Below are positions 1 to 11,005 of a stretch of 64,000 nucleotides of DNA, piece after piece; position 1 is the stretch's first letter, and every line of letters begins with the position of its first letter. Origin of the DNA: an uncultured Trueperaceae bacterium (GTDB lineage Bacteria; Deinococcota; Deinococci; Deinococcales; Trueperaceae); the NCBI GenBank assembly GCA_963815215.1, contig CAWFFU010000012.1, positions 1 through 64,000 of the forward strand, written 5' to 3'. Made by a program: the position numbers and the translations under genes. The notes beneath the pieces are model-generated. The model had not been told where the DNA came from. It saw nothing but the letters and a program-made list of their open reading frames with translations, and ran no database searches.

Positions 1-793
1 TTGGTACTAGACCAATGTATCCGTTCTCAACCAGAAAGCCAATCTGTCCCGCAACAAACCAACGCCCAAGTCGTCCTGGAGTCTTATTCGCTACCAGCTC
101 CGGGAACTGCGTGTGACTGACGCCAATGTCGAAGTACCTGCGAAAGAGCAGCAAGGGTGAAGGAATGGGAATGCACAGCCTCTGCGTCAGCGCAGTAGCG
201 TATCGAGAAGCCAGCGTGGACCGCCCGGCATGCGAAGGTGGTGTCCTCGTTCAAGATTGCCCGTTCTGGGAACCCTCCAAGTAGAGAAGAAGGCGCTCTG
301 GCGGATGGCTGGACAAGGTGTTTGAGAAGAAGTATGTTCCGAAGCCCAACTCTGGAAGCGTGGCAAGGGATTGGTCACGACTCTCCAAGGGGTAATTGAA
401 GGTGCGAGCATATCGTTCGAGTGGGGACGCGGAGGCTCGCGGCAACTGTCGGGCGTAGGTAGCTAGCAACTTTGTTGTGGGTGAGAGGTTTCGTCAGTCT
501 TGCAAGGGTTTCGCTTGAAGCTGGCAAGGCGTCCTGAGAAACAAAGACCAGGGATATCGCCGCTTGCCGCGCGAGCGGCCGCGTTGCGGGTGCCGCCATT
601 GATCGAACCTAGGCACGGGACCAATGAACTTACATCCTAGCCCCTCGGCGACTGCTTTCGTACCATTCTCAGGTCCTGAATCAATGACGATGATTTCAAC
701 AGGGGGCGTGGTTTGGTTGCGCAGTTCCGTAACCAGCGAAGGAAGGAATAGGCCACCATTGAGTGTTGGGATGATCACAGAAAACTAGCCCAT
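1..793 (-). CDS. GT2 glycosyltransferase (RfbN/rhamnosyltransferase-like), frameshifted, runs off the left edge
   Basis: Pieces in different frames: SVIIPTLNG..IIVIDSG, FVSQDALP, YARQLP..FNYP..FFSN, FRRYFDIG. Confidence 0.75.
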
Positions 794-2128
794 TGCACCC
801 CCGTCCCTCTTCCCAATCGAGCAGTAGACTGGCGACGCGGTCTGATTGCGGCCCTGGACCAGCGCTTCGACGAAGAGCAAGACTGTGATGGCCGTCAAGG
901 CTTTAACTGTGAACAAGCGCCAAAGGTCTCCCTGCGTGTACGCAGAGTACGCCCAGAGGAGGAATTGGAACGCGATGATGCTCCGAACCACAGTACCAGA
1001 GTCGATCAAGCGGACGATGTATATCGACAGCAATGCCAGGAAGGTTGAAGATAGGGCAAGTTCAACAAGCATCGCGATTGGGCCCAGGGAGTAGAGCGAT
1101 ATAGCTGGGTACCCCATTGTGAAGTGCACCCCCCGTGCCAGGTATGTTTCCACGGCAGAAGTTCCAACCAGATGCATCAAGGCGGGCATACCCACTTCGT
1201 AGTGAACAAGATTGGGAGCCGAGCTACGGGTAACGAGCATGTGATAGCCCCGTTCCCCACCAAACGTGACCTTGAAGCCCAAGAATCCTATACATGATCG
1301 CGCCAATAGGGCTACCGATGTAGGTCGTTAGTTGACTGTGCGCATAATGAATGTAGACAAGGGCTAACCCTGCTGGAATGACAATGACAAGCGCCCTTCG
1401 CGCTAGCGCGAGCGTCTTCTTTCGGAGACCCCGGTTCAAGTACAGTGGAAGCCAATAGCCAATCAAGGCCAACAAGAGCCCGCTGAATTTCTCGGCCCAC
1501 GAGCGCAAGATATCCAAGGTACAGGACGAAGACGACTGCTCCCCCAAACCGTCATTACGCGGCGATAACGTCCTGCGTTTGTTGCCGCTGCAGATACGCC
1601 TAGGGCAATTGCGATGCCGACGGACAAGTGGCCAAGGACGATGCCCAGTGAAGGAAAGTGCGCATAAGTCGTCCAGAAGTTGAAGCGTGTCGCCTCGGGA
1701 CTCAGTAGAGGAATGGCTGAAGAGGCCAAGAGGTTGACAAGGAGAGCGGTAACCGCAAGAGTCGCGACAACTTGCACACAGAAGACTTTCCAGGAGGTGC
1801 CGAACGTAGTCAATGGGGGAGTTTTGTGTGTTGTCCCGCGTGGGCGGTTTCCCAAGAATAGTACTGCAAGGTACACGAAGAAGAACCACGAGTCATAGAG
1901 AAAGAGGTGGAAGGTCGCACCTGTGAATGAGCCATGTAGGCCTTCTTCCGTGATGTATGCGCCGCTCTCGATATAGAGACAGGAACCTAGTGCCCAGGTT
2001 CTTGCGAAAGCGCTATGAATGCCACCGAAGCGAATGTTGAAAGAACGAAATGAAAGTGACACCCAGACCGCAAGAGAGAAGAAGATGAACAGGCCGCAGG
2101 CGATCGCATAGGGCACGAAGTAAGACAT
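785..2128 (-). CDS. wzy: O-antigen polymerase-like polytopic membrane protein (frameshifted into 3 ORFs)
   Basis: ORFs 1463-2128, 1224-1889 (3' part) and 785-1306 form one long hydrophobic protein inside the polysaccharide locus. Confidence 0.6.
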
Positions 2129-3343
2129 GGGAGTGAACCCCCCGTTCCGTCAAGGGACGCGACTATCAGCTTGGTCGTAATTCTGAGCGGAATTGCGCCC
2201 TCGATACCTAGGCTAGACAGGACGCGCTCATAGTATGCCCGTCCGTCGAGGTCTTGGTGCGCGGACAGCGCGACGGACACAACTGCGGCGGCATCGCGAA
2301 ACGGATCTACGCGGTCGCTGTGTACCAAGGCCCAAACTGGCGCAAGAGCACCTCATCCGCGAAGAAGCAGGCCCTTGCTCCGCAGTAAGCGGCTTCAAAT
2401 CCCAGGGTCGACGCGATCGAAACCACAAGTGAACCGCGGGTTAGGCTCTGGAGGAAATGCCCCCGGTGTCATCAAGTGACACCGTACTGTCGAGGAGATG
2501 CTCGTAAATGGACCTATCATCTCGAGGATGGACGCGAATTCTTAGCCCTAGGTCATGGGCAACGGAAGTGGACTTGACTTCCTGGATGAGTGATCCAGAA
2601 GTACTCATTGTTGTTGGTCAGCAGCCGAGTCATTGTGCCAACTAAACGCCTGAGTGAGGAATACGATCTCACGAAAACCGTCAGCAGGCTGTACACGTCC
2701 AGGGTTGTCCTCTTCGTCCACACATCGATCTCCGATATTGGCCCAACAACGGTCACGGTGCTTGACGCCAAGCCCATTCCCACTAGGGCATCCTTGGTGA
2801 CCGTGCCTACGGTGTAGCACTGGTCGCAGGCATATGGCCGCAACATGGCCATCAGCCCCTGGGGAAGGAATGGCGCGACCGCAGCCATTACAGCATCCGA
2901 AGTGCTTCCTCTGCCATCGTTGACAAGCAGGCTGCGGATATAGGCCACATACGTGGTCTTGCGACAGAGTAGCGAAGACAACCTAGTGAACACGAGGGGC
3001 ACGCCCGTGAGACAGATGTCGACCTTGCGCGCCAAGAGCACTTGGGCTAGCCGGACGGCATTCGACAGGGCCAATGCAGCCTTCATCTGAATCGACAGCT
3101 GATGGAATCCTCGCGCAACAAGGGCGATTGGCCGAACTACTGCGTCTTCTGCCCCTATGAAGGGGTAGTTGTGGGCTGACCTCCGTTTGTGATCGAGAAA
3201 GAGGTCCCACGACTTGAACCAAATGACCTGAAAACTGTACGTCTGTCTCAGAGCCGAAACGACTTCTGCCAGGTCACGCAGTTCTTGGTCGTTCTCACAC
3301 GCTATGAGAACGGTCTTGGCGAGCGGAAATCGTTATGGCTCAC
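2110..3343 (-). CDS. Putative CMP-nonulosonate (pseudaminyl/sialyl) transferase, GT-B-like, frameshifted; ends approximate
   Basis: Fragments KTVLIACENDQELRDL.., IVFLTQAF, LRIRVHPRDD (HP motif); lies between wzx and wzy downstream of the pse genes. Confidence 0.5.
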
Positions 3344-3515
3344 TTATTCGTCTTGCCCTGGTGGGCGCACGCAGGTGACTTCGGCCAATCCGCGACAATG
3401 GTGCCGAGAAGCATGCGAGCAGCGTCGCACGAATAGCGATGGCAAGAGGTGAACGCCACGAAGGAGGCATAGGAGCCAACTCGGCTTGTTCTGGATGGTG
3501 ATGAGCTCCGCCCGT

Positions 3516-4835
3516 TCATCCAAACGACCTGGCGCGAACGTTCCTTCCGATGATGCGGTGGCCAATGACCACGAGCCCAAGGGAAAACACCGCGAAGGCG
3601 CCGACCGTTCCGAGGGCTACACCAGCCATTCCGAAAGGCCCCACGAAGAGAAGGCTCATGGCAATGTTCGAAGCCAGTGACGTCAGAATGAGCCCCATAT
3701 AGATGTACTGATGATCCGTGACGTTGAGAACGTTGGCGTATCCCTGGCCGAGGCCGGGAAGAAGGACGGGCGCAGCCAGTCCCACGACCATGGCGGTGAC
3801 GCCGGGCCTATATTGAGGCATGAATGTTTGGACAAACCACGGTCCCGCAATCCAACCAATCGCAACCACAGGGAGTGTAATAAGCAGCGCGAGGAGTCCT
3901 TGTCGCGATGCCATTCTTCCCATCCCTTCCCAATCACGGATGCTCCCCACATTTGGGACATCCTTGGGTAGTACTGTCGGGCAAGCACTTGCGGCAATAG
4001 CGCAGCTGTACCCAGCGCCATGATGGCGATGGAGTACTCTCCAAGCGCCTCTGTGCCAAGGTAGGCCGCGACGACCCATCGATCCACAGTGCTGAACAGA
4101 ACATATAGGACGCCGACCAACATGATGGGGAAGCCGATTCTGACCAGCCTAAGCGAGCGATGCCAATCGTACCGACGCGTGAATCTGGAGGTGTCGGAGA
4201 ACAGAAGAATGGTACATAGCATAGCGAATGCAGCTGCCTGGCCAAGGATGTAACCCACCAGCCCGAAGCGGAACATGAGTGGGAGAGCGAAGATTGGTGG
4301 ACGATGGCCGACAGTGCCTGTATCCGAGCTACCTCGTGAAATTTCACCTCGGCCTTGAGGCTCGTGATCCAAAGGCAAATACCTGCTGTGACAACAATAG
4401 TACGAGAGTAGCAAGATAGTCCACGATGTGCCTTCGGACTGGTTCCAAACAACAGGGCCAGCGCAACGAACGCAGTAGCGCTGGTCAGCAGGAAGCCAAA
4501 GCTTGACCTCCTTAGCATTTCGGCCTCACGGGAGTTCTGTCGCCCAATTTCAACGGGGAATTCACGGTTTAGACCGTTCAACACGCCCAGGTGCGTGAGG
4601 GACCCGTACCTAGGACGAGGTTCAACAGGTACCATGAACCCCAAAGCAGTGGTCCTAGATGAGCCGCCGCGACAAGGCTGACTGCAGTCCGCGAAGCTTG
4701 GTCAGCGAGCGCCGAAGACCCGAACCCCAAGAACTCCAAGAGCAAAGATGACCTTCGTTTGGGTACAGAGCTCGCTGTCGATGGCACGATTGAGCCTACC
4801 CTAGGGGGAGTCGGGTGTGCGCGTGGAATATCCAA
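3516..4835 (-). CDS. wzx: Polysaccharide flippase (frameshifted)
   Basis: Fragments AAHLGP..WG, GVLNGLNRE.P, GFPIML..TVDRWVVAAYLG.EALG.YSIA, PFGMAGVALGT. Confidence 0.8.
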
Positions 4836-4942
4836 GGAACTTGGCCGTGGGCTCGGGATGGTGGCCGCGATGCTTCGATTTCGGACTCCGAAGTGTAGAT
4901 GGCGAAGCGCCCAATCGATTTCGCAGCGTCATTCGGGACACC

Positions 4943-5989
4943 CTAGTCGGGCTCCTCGAGCTGGGCCGTCCATCTAAGCAGCCCCCACGTCAACGGAGTC
5001 CCTTCCGCGTCCCGATCGATCTTCATGCCAAGTACCGTGGTCAAGTGTTTTGGAGATAGTCCGACCCCGGGCCGATAGCGCGAACGTTGTCCGTGGAAAG
5101 TGGTTGCCCTGCTTTTGTGTTCTTGGTGACGTATAGGGAGCGTCGGAAGTGGAGGGAGCCTTGTTCGGCTTGTGGTGGGGCCGAAGTGGGTAGTGCCGAG
5201 GGCTCGCAGGCGCGCTGGGTTTCGTCGACGAGGGTCTTGAGTTCGGGGGGTTCGAGGCAGAAGGCGGCGTCGACTCCGCCATCGCTCGGGAGAGGGTGAA
5301 GTGTTTCTCGAGAGGGTTGCGCCGAGAGCGATGCTGGCGATGGCGGCGCCGATGCCGTGGGTGTGGTCGGAGAGTCCTACGTGGGTGTTGAAGGCGGCGC
5401 GGAGGATGGGGATGGTGAGGAGGTTGGTGGTTTCGGGAGTGGCGGGGTAGGTGCTGGTGCACTTCAGGAGGGTGATGTGGTGGTTGCCTTCGGCGCGTGC
5501 GGTTTGGACGGCGTCGGCGATTTCGCTGAGGGTGGCCATGCCGGTGCTAAGGATGAGGGGCTTGCCGGTTTGGGCGACCTTGCGGATGAGTGGGAGGTCG
5601 GTGATCTCGAAGGAGGCGATCTTGTAGGCGGCGACGTCGAGTTGTTCGAGGAAGTCGACGGCGGTGGCGTCGAAGGGGGTGCTAAGGTACTGGATCCTGT
5701 GTTGGCGGCAACGCTCGAAGATGGGCTGGTGCCAGTCCCAGGGGGTGTGAGCTTCGTTGTACAGGTCGTGGAGGGTCCGGCCGCGCCAAGGGCTGGCGGG
5801 GTCGGTGATGAGGAAGTCGCCGGTGCGGAGTGGGAGAGTCATGGTGTCGGCGGTGTAGGTCTGGAGCTTGACGGCGTGGGCGCCGGCCTCGGCGGCGGCG
5901 TCGACGATGGCGAGGGCTCGGTCAAGGGATTGGTTGTGGTTTCCGGACATCTCGGCGATGATCGTCGGTTCTTGGGTGTCGGTGGTCAT
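4943..5989 (-). CDS. pseI: Pseudaminic acid synthase (frameshifts in the 3' part)
   Basis: IIAEMSGNHNQS, KLQTYTADTMT, STPFD, YKIASFE, LKCTSTYP, GLSDHT, EKHFTL; C-terminal SAF-like RPG.GLSPK. Confidence 0.92.
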   Translation of the reverse strand: MTTDTQEPTIIAEMSGNHNQSLDRALAIVDAAAEAGAHAVKLQTYTADTMTLPLRTGDFLITDPASPWRGRTLHDLYNEAHTPWDWHQPIFERCRQHRIQYLSTPFDATAVDFLEQLDVAAYKIASFEITDLPLIRKVAQTGKPLILSTGMATLSEIADAVQTARAEGNHHITLLKCTSTYPATPETTNLLTIPILRAAFNTHVGLSDHTHGIGAAIASIALGATLSRNTSPSPERWRSRRRLLPRTPRTQDPRRRNPARLRALGTTHFGPTTSRTRLPPLPTLPIRHQEHKSRATTFHGQRSRYRPGVGLSPKHLTTVLGMKIDRDAEGTPLTWGLLRWTAQLEEPD

Positions 5990-6951
5990 GCTTCGAGCTT
6001 CTCCTGGGGTACGAGGACATCGGTGAAGCCTTGCGCGAGGGTGATGTTGGGGTTGGTTGTCTCGTGGATGGTTGTAGCGATGGTGATGCGTCGTCCGACG
6101 CGACGGGTGACTTCGAGTCGGAGGGTAAGGCCTGTGTCGGGATAGGCTGGCGCTAAGAATTCGAGGGTTTGGGATTGGAGGATGGTGCCTGACCGGGGAA
6201 CGTAGTGCCGAGTGTACGTGAGATCGCTGTGGCCAGAAGCGTGCTGGGTGCGAGGGCTGCTCGGAGGCCCGCGTGTCTGGCGGTGTCCGGGTCGTAGTGG
6301 ATGGGGTTGGTATCGCCGGAGGACTGAGCGTAGGCCCGTATCTGAGCGGTTGTGATGGTGAAGGCTGTTTGGTGGTGTGCGCCGATGTCGTAGGGGGTCG
6401 ACTGTTTCGCATCGCCTTCCAGGAGTTGTTCGAAGTAGGGGGCCTGGTACGTTAGCCAGTCCTCGATTGAGAGGGCGAGCCTGATCACGTCGATGCGTTT
6501 GTCGTCGATGACTCGGGCTTTGCGGAAGTTGCCTTCGATCCGGAAGCCGAGCCGCTGATGGTAGGAGAGGGATCGTTGATTGAAGGCCAGGACTTCGCCG
6601 CTGACCTTCTGGAGGCCAAGGTCGCGGAAGGCGTGGTTAAGCGCGAGGAATCCCATAATTGTGCCGAGTCCTCTTCGGGCTGATGGGGGCTTGTAGAAGC
6701 CCCAGAACGCGGTGTGATTCGTGTGGTCGATCCCCGATAGGTTCACCACGCCGTGTCGGTGCGTCGGCGCTGTCAACACAGAGGAAGTACTGCTTTGTCG
6801 GGTCGTCCCAGACGCGTTCGAAATAGTTGTAATGCTCTTCTCTCGTAATGATGCGGGAGGTGTACATGTTGCTGCGAATCTCGGGGCGATTCCGCCATTC
6901 GAGGATCAAGTCGAGGTCTCGTGGTTCCACGGGCCGGAGTCGGTAGTCCAC
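5986..6951 (-). CDS. pseH: PseH-type GNAT N-acyltransferase fused to a MaoC/(R)-enoyl-CoA hydratase domain (two frameshifts)
   Basis: LEWRNRPEIRSNMY, WGFY, EVLAFN..S..YH.RLGF..EG, then in frame SGDTNPIH..LG..FPG/GTILQSQTLEF; its TGA overlaps the pseI ATG. Confidence 0.8.
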
Positions 6952-8097
6952 TACGGTGCTTCCGATTGCGTCTTGGACTTCGCTCGCGTGCTTGTTGCGG
7001 TCTTGTCGGTTGTGTCTGTTCCGGTGGCGGTGAGGGTGTGGTCCGGATCTTTCGTGTTCGAGCGCGGTCGCCACGCGGTAGGCGCCTTCGCCGTCGACGA
7101 TACTCATTCCAGCTCGTGATAGCCGACGTAGTTCTTCGGGGTGGGCCAGGAGCTGTGAGATGGCACTTGCAAGTTGTTCGAGCGTGGTCGTGTTCGCCGT
7201 GCCGAGGTAGTGGATGAGGTTGTCACGGGCTAGGGCTTCGGCTGTGGGTTCTTGGTTGGGCGCGGCGGCGATGACCAGTGAGGGTGTGCCGAGGCAGAAG
7301 CGTTCCCAGGAGGTGGTGCCGCTGGCGCCGATGGCGAGGTCGGCGTGCTGCATGAGTGTATGCATGGTGGTGGTTTGAATGTGGAGCGCGACGGTGTGTG
7401 TCTTGCTGCGGAAGTCTTGGACTTCGTGGAGGTGAGGGTGCGCTTGTCCGATGACGATGTCGAGGTGGAGGGCTCGCAACGCTGTAGTCTCGAGCGCTTG
7501 GAGTGTCCTGAGCGTGAGGCCCTGTTCGTCGATGCCGCCGAAGGAGATGAGGATGCGGTTGACGGTGCCGTCGCGTGGGCGGGTGTGTTGCCGAATGTCG
7601 CGGAACTCTGGGCGGAGCAGCGCGTAGGTCGGCCCGAGTAGGCTTCGGTGGCTGCCTGGGTTTGCGGCGGCATCGTAGTTCTGGTTCAGGACGAGGTCTG
7701 CGTCGTGGAGGCGCGTGGCGTCGTCTTCGATCGCGAGGACGCGCAGGCCGGTGGCCCTTATGGCGTGTTCCCAAGTGTGATCGAGGGCGTAGTGATCGAC
7801 GATCACCCAGTCGGGCCGCTCGAGGTCTTTTGTCGTTGCGAGGACGTCTGCTGCGTCTTGAGTGCTGCTTGCTCCGGCCCAGCTGGTTGGGTCGGCGCCC
7901 GGCGCTTCGACGTTGGGCAAGGTGATAGCTCGGTAGCCGTCTTGTTGGATGCGGTCCGTGAGATTCCCGGGGTGAGGCCGGCAGGCGAAGGTGATGTTCC
8001 CGCCCTGTTCACGGAGTGCGTGGGCGAGGGCGAGGCAGCGCATGACGTGCCCGCTCCCGATGGGGATGCCTGCGTCCGCGCGGATCAGGATGTTCAT
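6951..8097 (-). CDS. pseG: UDP-2,4-diacetamido-2,4,6-trideoxy-beta-L-altropyranose hydrolase
   Basis: IRADA...IGSGHVMRCLALA, IVDHY, LLGP.YALLRPEF, SFGG.D, ADLAIGASG.T.WER, VDG.GA.RV. Confidence 0.9.
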
Positions 8098-8099
8098 GG

Positions 8100-8837
8100 C
8101 TAGATCTGCTTCTGTGCGATGTGGTCGTTGATGTGCGTGAGGGAGGGGTGCTCGCGCACGTAGCGGAGCGCATCTGAATATTCGAAGTGCGGGTTGGTCG
8201 GGTAGAGCGCGTCGTAGATGCGCCGGACGAGTTCCAGATCGTCCAGTGTGTCGACGGTCCAGCGCAGGTCGCTGTTGTCGCTGGTGTCGGTGAGGTCGGC
8301 GAGATGGAAGCGCTGGGGTCGGCGCCAAACGAAGGGCGTGACGTGTTCGCGGTCGCTGGGGCTCGTGGCTTCGCGGTGCGCGGCAGTGAGGGCGCTCGCG
8401 CGGATCGCTTCGACGTCGAGGCCGCGCGGGTACGTTCGCTGCTGGCAGTTGCTGACGTAATCGAGGCTGGGGTCGGCACGGAGCATGGTGATGCAGCGGT
8501 CCACGACGGTGGGCTCGATGAGGGGGCAGTCGGCGGTGATGCGGACCACGATATCGGCGCCGACCGTCGTGGCTGCCAGGTGATAGCGGTCGAGTACATC
8601 TTCTTCGCTGCCGCGCACGAGTTCTGTCTCGGGAAGGGCGCTCGCGACGGCGACGATCGGGTCATCGATGGGATCGGTGGTGGTGGCGACCACCCAGGTG
8701 TCCACGTGCTCGCACCTCAGCAGCCGTTCGAGGATGCGTTGGAGCATGGGGGCCCCATTCAAGTCGGCGAGGACCTTGCCGGGCAGGCGGGTGGAGCCCA
8801 TGCGCGCCTGCACGATGACGGCGACGCGCTCGCTCAT
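8100..8837 (-). CDS. pseF: SpsF-family cytidylyltransferase (PseF function)
   Basis: IVQARMGSTRLPGKVL, GSEEDVLDRY, RITADCP, REHVTP, RWTVDT..D. Confidence 0.8.
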   Translation of the reverse strand: MSERVAVIVQARMGSTRLPGKVLADLNGAPMLQRILERLLRCEHVDTWVVATTTDPIDDPIVAVASALPETELVRGSEEDVLDRYHLAATTVGADIVVRITADCPLIEPTVVDRCITMLRADPSLDYVSNCQQRTYPRGLDVEAIRASALTAAHREATSPSDREHVTPFVWRRPQRFHLADLTDTSDNSDLRWTVDTLDDLELVRRIYDALYPTNPHFEYSDALRYVREHPSLTHINDHIAQKQI

Positions 8838-10003
8838 GCCGTGATCACCTCGGCCACCGCCTGCTGCACGCGCTCGATGACGGAGCCGACGTCATCGTCG
8901 CTCATCTTGGGGTAGATGGGCAGCGAGATGGCGCGTTCGTAGAAGTCCTCGGCGACGGGGCATTGGCCCTTCTGGTAGCCGAGTTCGCGGTAGTAGGGAT
9001 GCCAGTAGACGGGCAGGTAGTGCACTTGCACGCCGAGCCCGAGCTCCCGCAGGCGCTCGAAAAGTGGGCGGCGATGCCGCTTGTCAGCAACGCGGATGAC
9101 GTACAGGTGCCAGGCGGAATCGACGTGGTTTCGGTGACTCGGTCGCTCGATGCCGTCGAGCCCTGCTAGCGCGGTGTCGTAGCTTGCAGCGATCGCCCGG
9201 CGCCGCGCGATGAAGCTGTCAAGCTTGCGGAGTTGGCTGAGTCCTAGTGCGGCTTGGAGATCGGTGAGGCGGTAGTTGTAGCCCAGGTGCTGCATCTCGT
9301 AGTACCAGGGGCCAACGTCGGGCTCGGTGAGGACCTTGGGGTCACGGGTGATGCCGTGCGTTCGGAACACTCGGGCGCGTTCTGCCAGGTTGGGGTCGTT
9401 GGTGGCGACTGCACCGCCCTCGGCGGTGGTGATGGGCTTGACGGGGTGGAAGCTCAGCTCCATCGCGTCCACCAGCGCGGCCACCGGCTGGCCCCGGTAG
9501 GTGGCGCCGAGGGAGTGTGCGGCGTCCGCGACCACGCCAACTCCCGTGGAGCGTGCGAGGGCGTTGAGCGCGTCGTACTCGGCGGGATGGCCGGCGAAAT
9601 CCACGGGAACGATGTACTTGGTCTTGCTGCTCAAGGCGTCGGCGGCTGCGGCGGGATCGAGGTTCCCCGTGTCGGGCTCGACATCCGCGAAGCGCACGCT
9701 GGCGCCAAGGTAGAGCGCGGCGTTCGCGGTGGCCGCGAACGTCAACGGGGTCGTCACGATCTCATCGCCCGCCCCGAGGCCGGCCGCGAAGTACATGGCG
9801 TGCAGAGCGCTCGTGCCGGAGTTCACGGCTACCACGTGCTCTGCCCCCGACGCTGCGCCCACCGCCGCCTCGAACGCTTCGATCGCGGGGCCCGTGGTGA
9901 TCAAGTCGCTGCGCAAGACCTCCACGACGGCTTCGATGTCATCGTCATCCACCCACTGGCGGCCGTACGGCAGGAACGGAGGCTCCTTGGCGCGACTTGG
10001 CAT
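8834..10003 (-). CDS. pseC: UDP-4-amino-4,6-dideoxy-N-acetyl-beta-L-altrosamine transaminase
   Basis: LPYGRQ, NSGTSALH, DAAHSLGA, SFHPVK.ITT.EGG, GYNYRLTD, GVQVHY.PVY. Confidence 0.92.
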   Translation of the reverse strand: MPSRAKEPPFLPYGRQWVDDDDIEAVVEVLRSDLITTGPAIEAFEAAVGAASGAEHVVAVNSGTSALHAMYFAAGLGAGDEIVTTPLTFAATANAALYLGASVRFADVEPDTGNLDPAAAADALSSKTKYIVPVDFAGHPAEYDALNALARSTGVGVVADAAHSLGATYRGQPVAALVDAMELSFHPVKPITTAEGGAVATNDPNLAERARVFRTHGITRDPKVLTEPDVGPWYYEMQHLGYNYRLTDLQAALGLSQLRKLDSFIARRRAIAASYDTALAGLDGIERPSHRNHVDSAWHLYVIRVADKRHRRPLFERLRELGLGVQVHYLPVYWHPYYRELGYQKGQCPVAEDFYERAISLPIYPKMSDDDVGSVIERVQQAVAEVITA

Positions 10004-10006
10004 TCG

Positions 10007-11005
10007 TCAGGGCTCCGCGATCATGCTGCGCAGCTGCGCCTCATCCACCCACCTGTCGTTGCGATCGCTGGTGTACGCGAAGCCGTCCGGGACAGCCTTC
10101 CCGGCAAGGTGACCGTTCTTCCACCACGTCATCTCGGGCTGGATCACGAAGTGATCGCCCAGATCGAGCGTCCGGCGGGCATCGTTGAGGCTGATCATCT
10201 CTTCGTGGATCTTCTCGCCCGGCCGGATGCCCACCACCTTCAGCTCGGCATCCGGCGCGATCACGCGGGCCAGATCCACGATCCGCATGCTGGGGATCTT
10301 CGGCACGAACAACTCCCCGCCATGCATCCGCTCGAGGCTCGCCAGCACGAAATCCACGCCCTGCTGCAAGGTGATCCAGAAGCGCGTCATGCGCTCATCC
10401 GTGATCGGGATGGTGCCGGTGCTCGCAAGCTTCTTGAAGAACGGGATGACGCTGCCGCGGCTCCCCACGACGTTTCCGTATCGCACGACGGCGAAGCGGG
10501 TGCGCTTGCCGCCTGCGTAGGCGTTTCCCTGGATGAACAGTTTGTCCGACACGAGCTTGGTCGCGCCATAGAGGTTGATGGGGCTCGACGCCTTGTCCGT
10601 ACTGAGCGCGACCACGCGCTCCACGTCCTGGTCGATGCACGCATCGATCACGTTCTGGGCCCCGTGGATGTTGGTCTTCACCGCTTCGAACGGGTTGTAC
10701 TCCGCCGCAGGCACCTGCTTGAGAGCCGCTGCGTGCACGACGAACTGAACGTCATGAAGAGCTCGCTGAAGACGGTCACGATCGCGTACATCACCGATGA
10801 AGAATCGCAGGCGCGTGTCGTCCTCGAACTGAGCTCGCATCTCGTACTGCTTGAGCTCGTCGCGACTGAAGATGATTACACGGCGAACACCGGTACGCTC
10901 AAGCAGGGTGCGGACGAACTTCTTGCCAAACGAACCAGTACCGCCGGTGACCAAGACGCTCGCATCGTTGAAGGCGTTGTTGACGCTCACGCTGAAGGCT
11001 ACCAC
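10007..11005 (-). CDS. pseB: UDP-N-acetylglucosamine 4,6-dehydratase (inverting)
   Basis: TGGTGSFG, SRDELKQ, HAAALKQVPAAEYNP, PINLYGATK, RYGNVVGSRGSV, MTRFWITL. Confidence 0.95.
   Translation of the reverse strand: MVAFSVSVNNAFNDASVLVTGGTGSFGKKFVRTLLERTGVRRVIIFSRDELKQYEMRAQFEDDTRLRFFIGDVRDRDRLQRALHDVQFVVHAAALKQVPAAEYNPFEAVKTNIHGAQNVIDACIDQDVERVVALSTDKASSPINLYGATKLVSDKLFIQGNAYAGGKRTRFAVVRYGNVVGSRGSVIPFFKKLASTGTIPITDERMTRFWITLQQGVDFVLASLERMHGGELFVPKIPSMRIVDLARVIAPDAELKVVGIRPGEKIHEEMISLNDARRTLDLGDHFVIQPEMTWWKNGHLAGKAVPDGFAYTSDRNDRWVDEAQLRSMIAEP

Noticed and set aside
6637..8097. Apparent PseG-PseH fusion in the ORF track
   Set aside because: The His/Arg-rich linker looks off-frame. The adjacent frame reads NTKDPD...QSEAP and ends in a TAG that overlaps the pseH GTG (6951), so an indel artefact is more likely.
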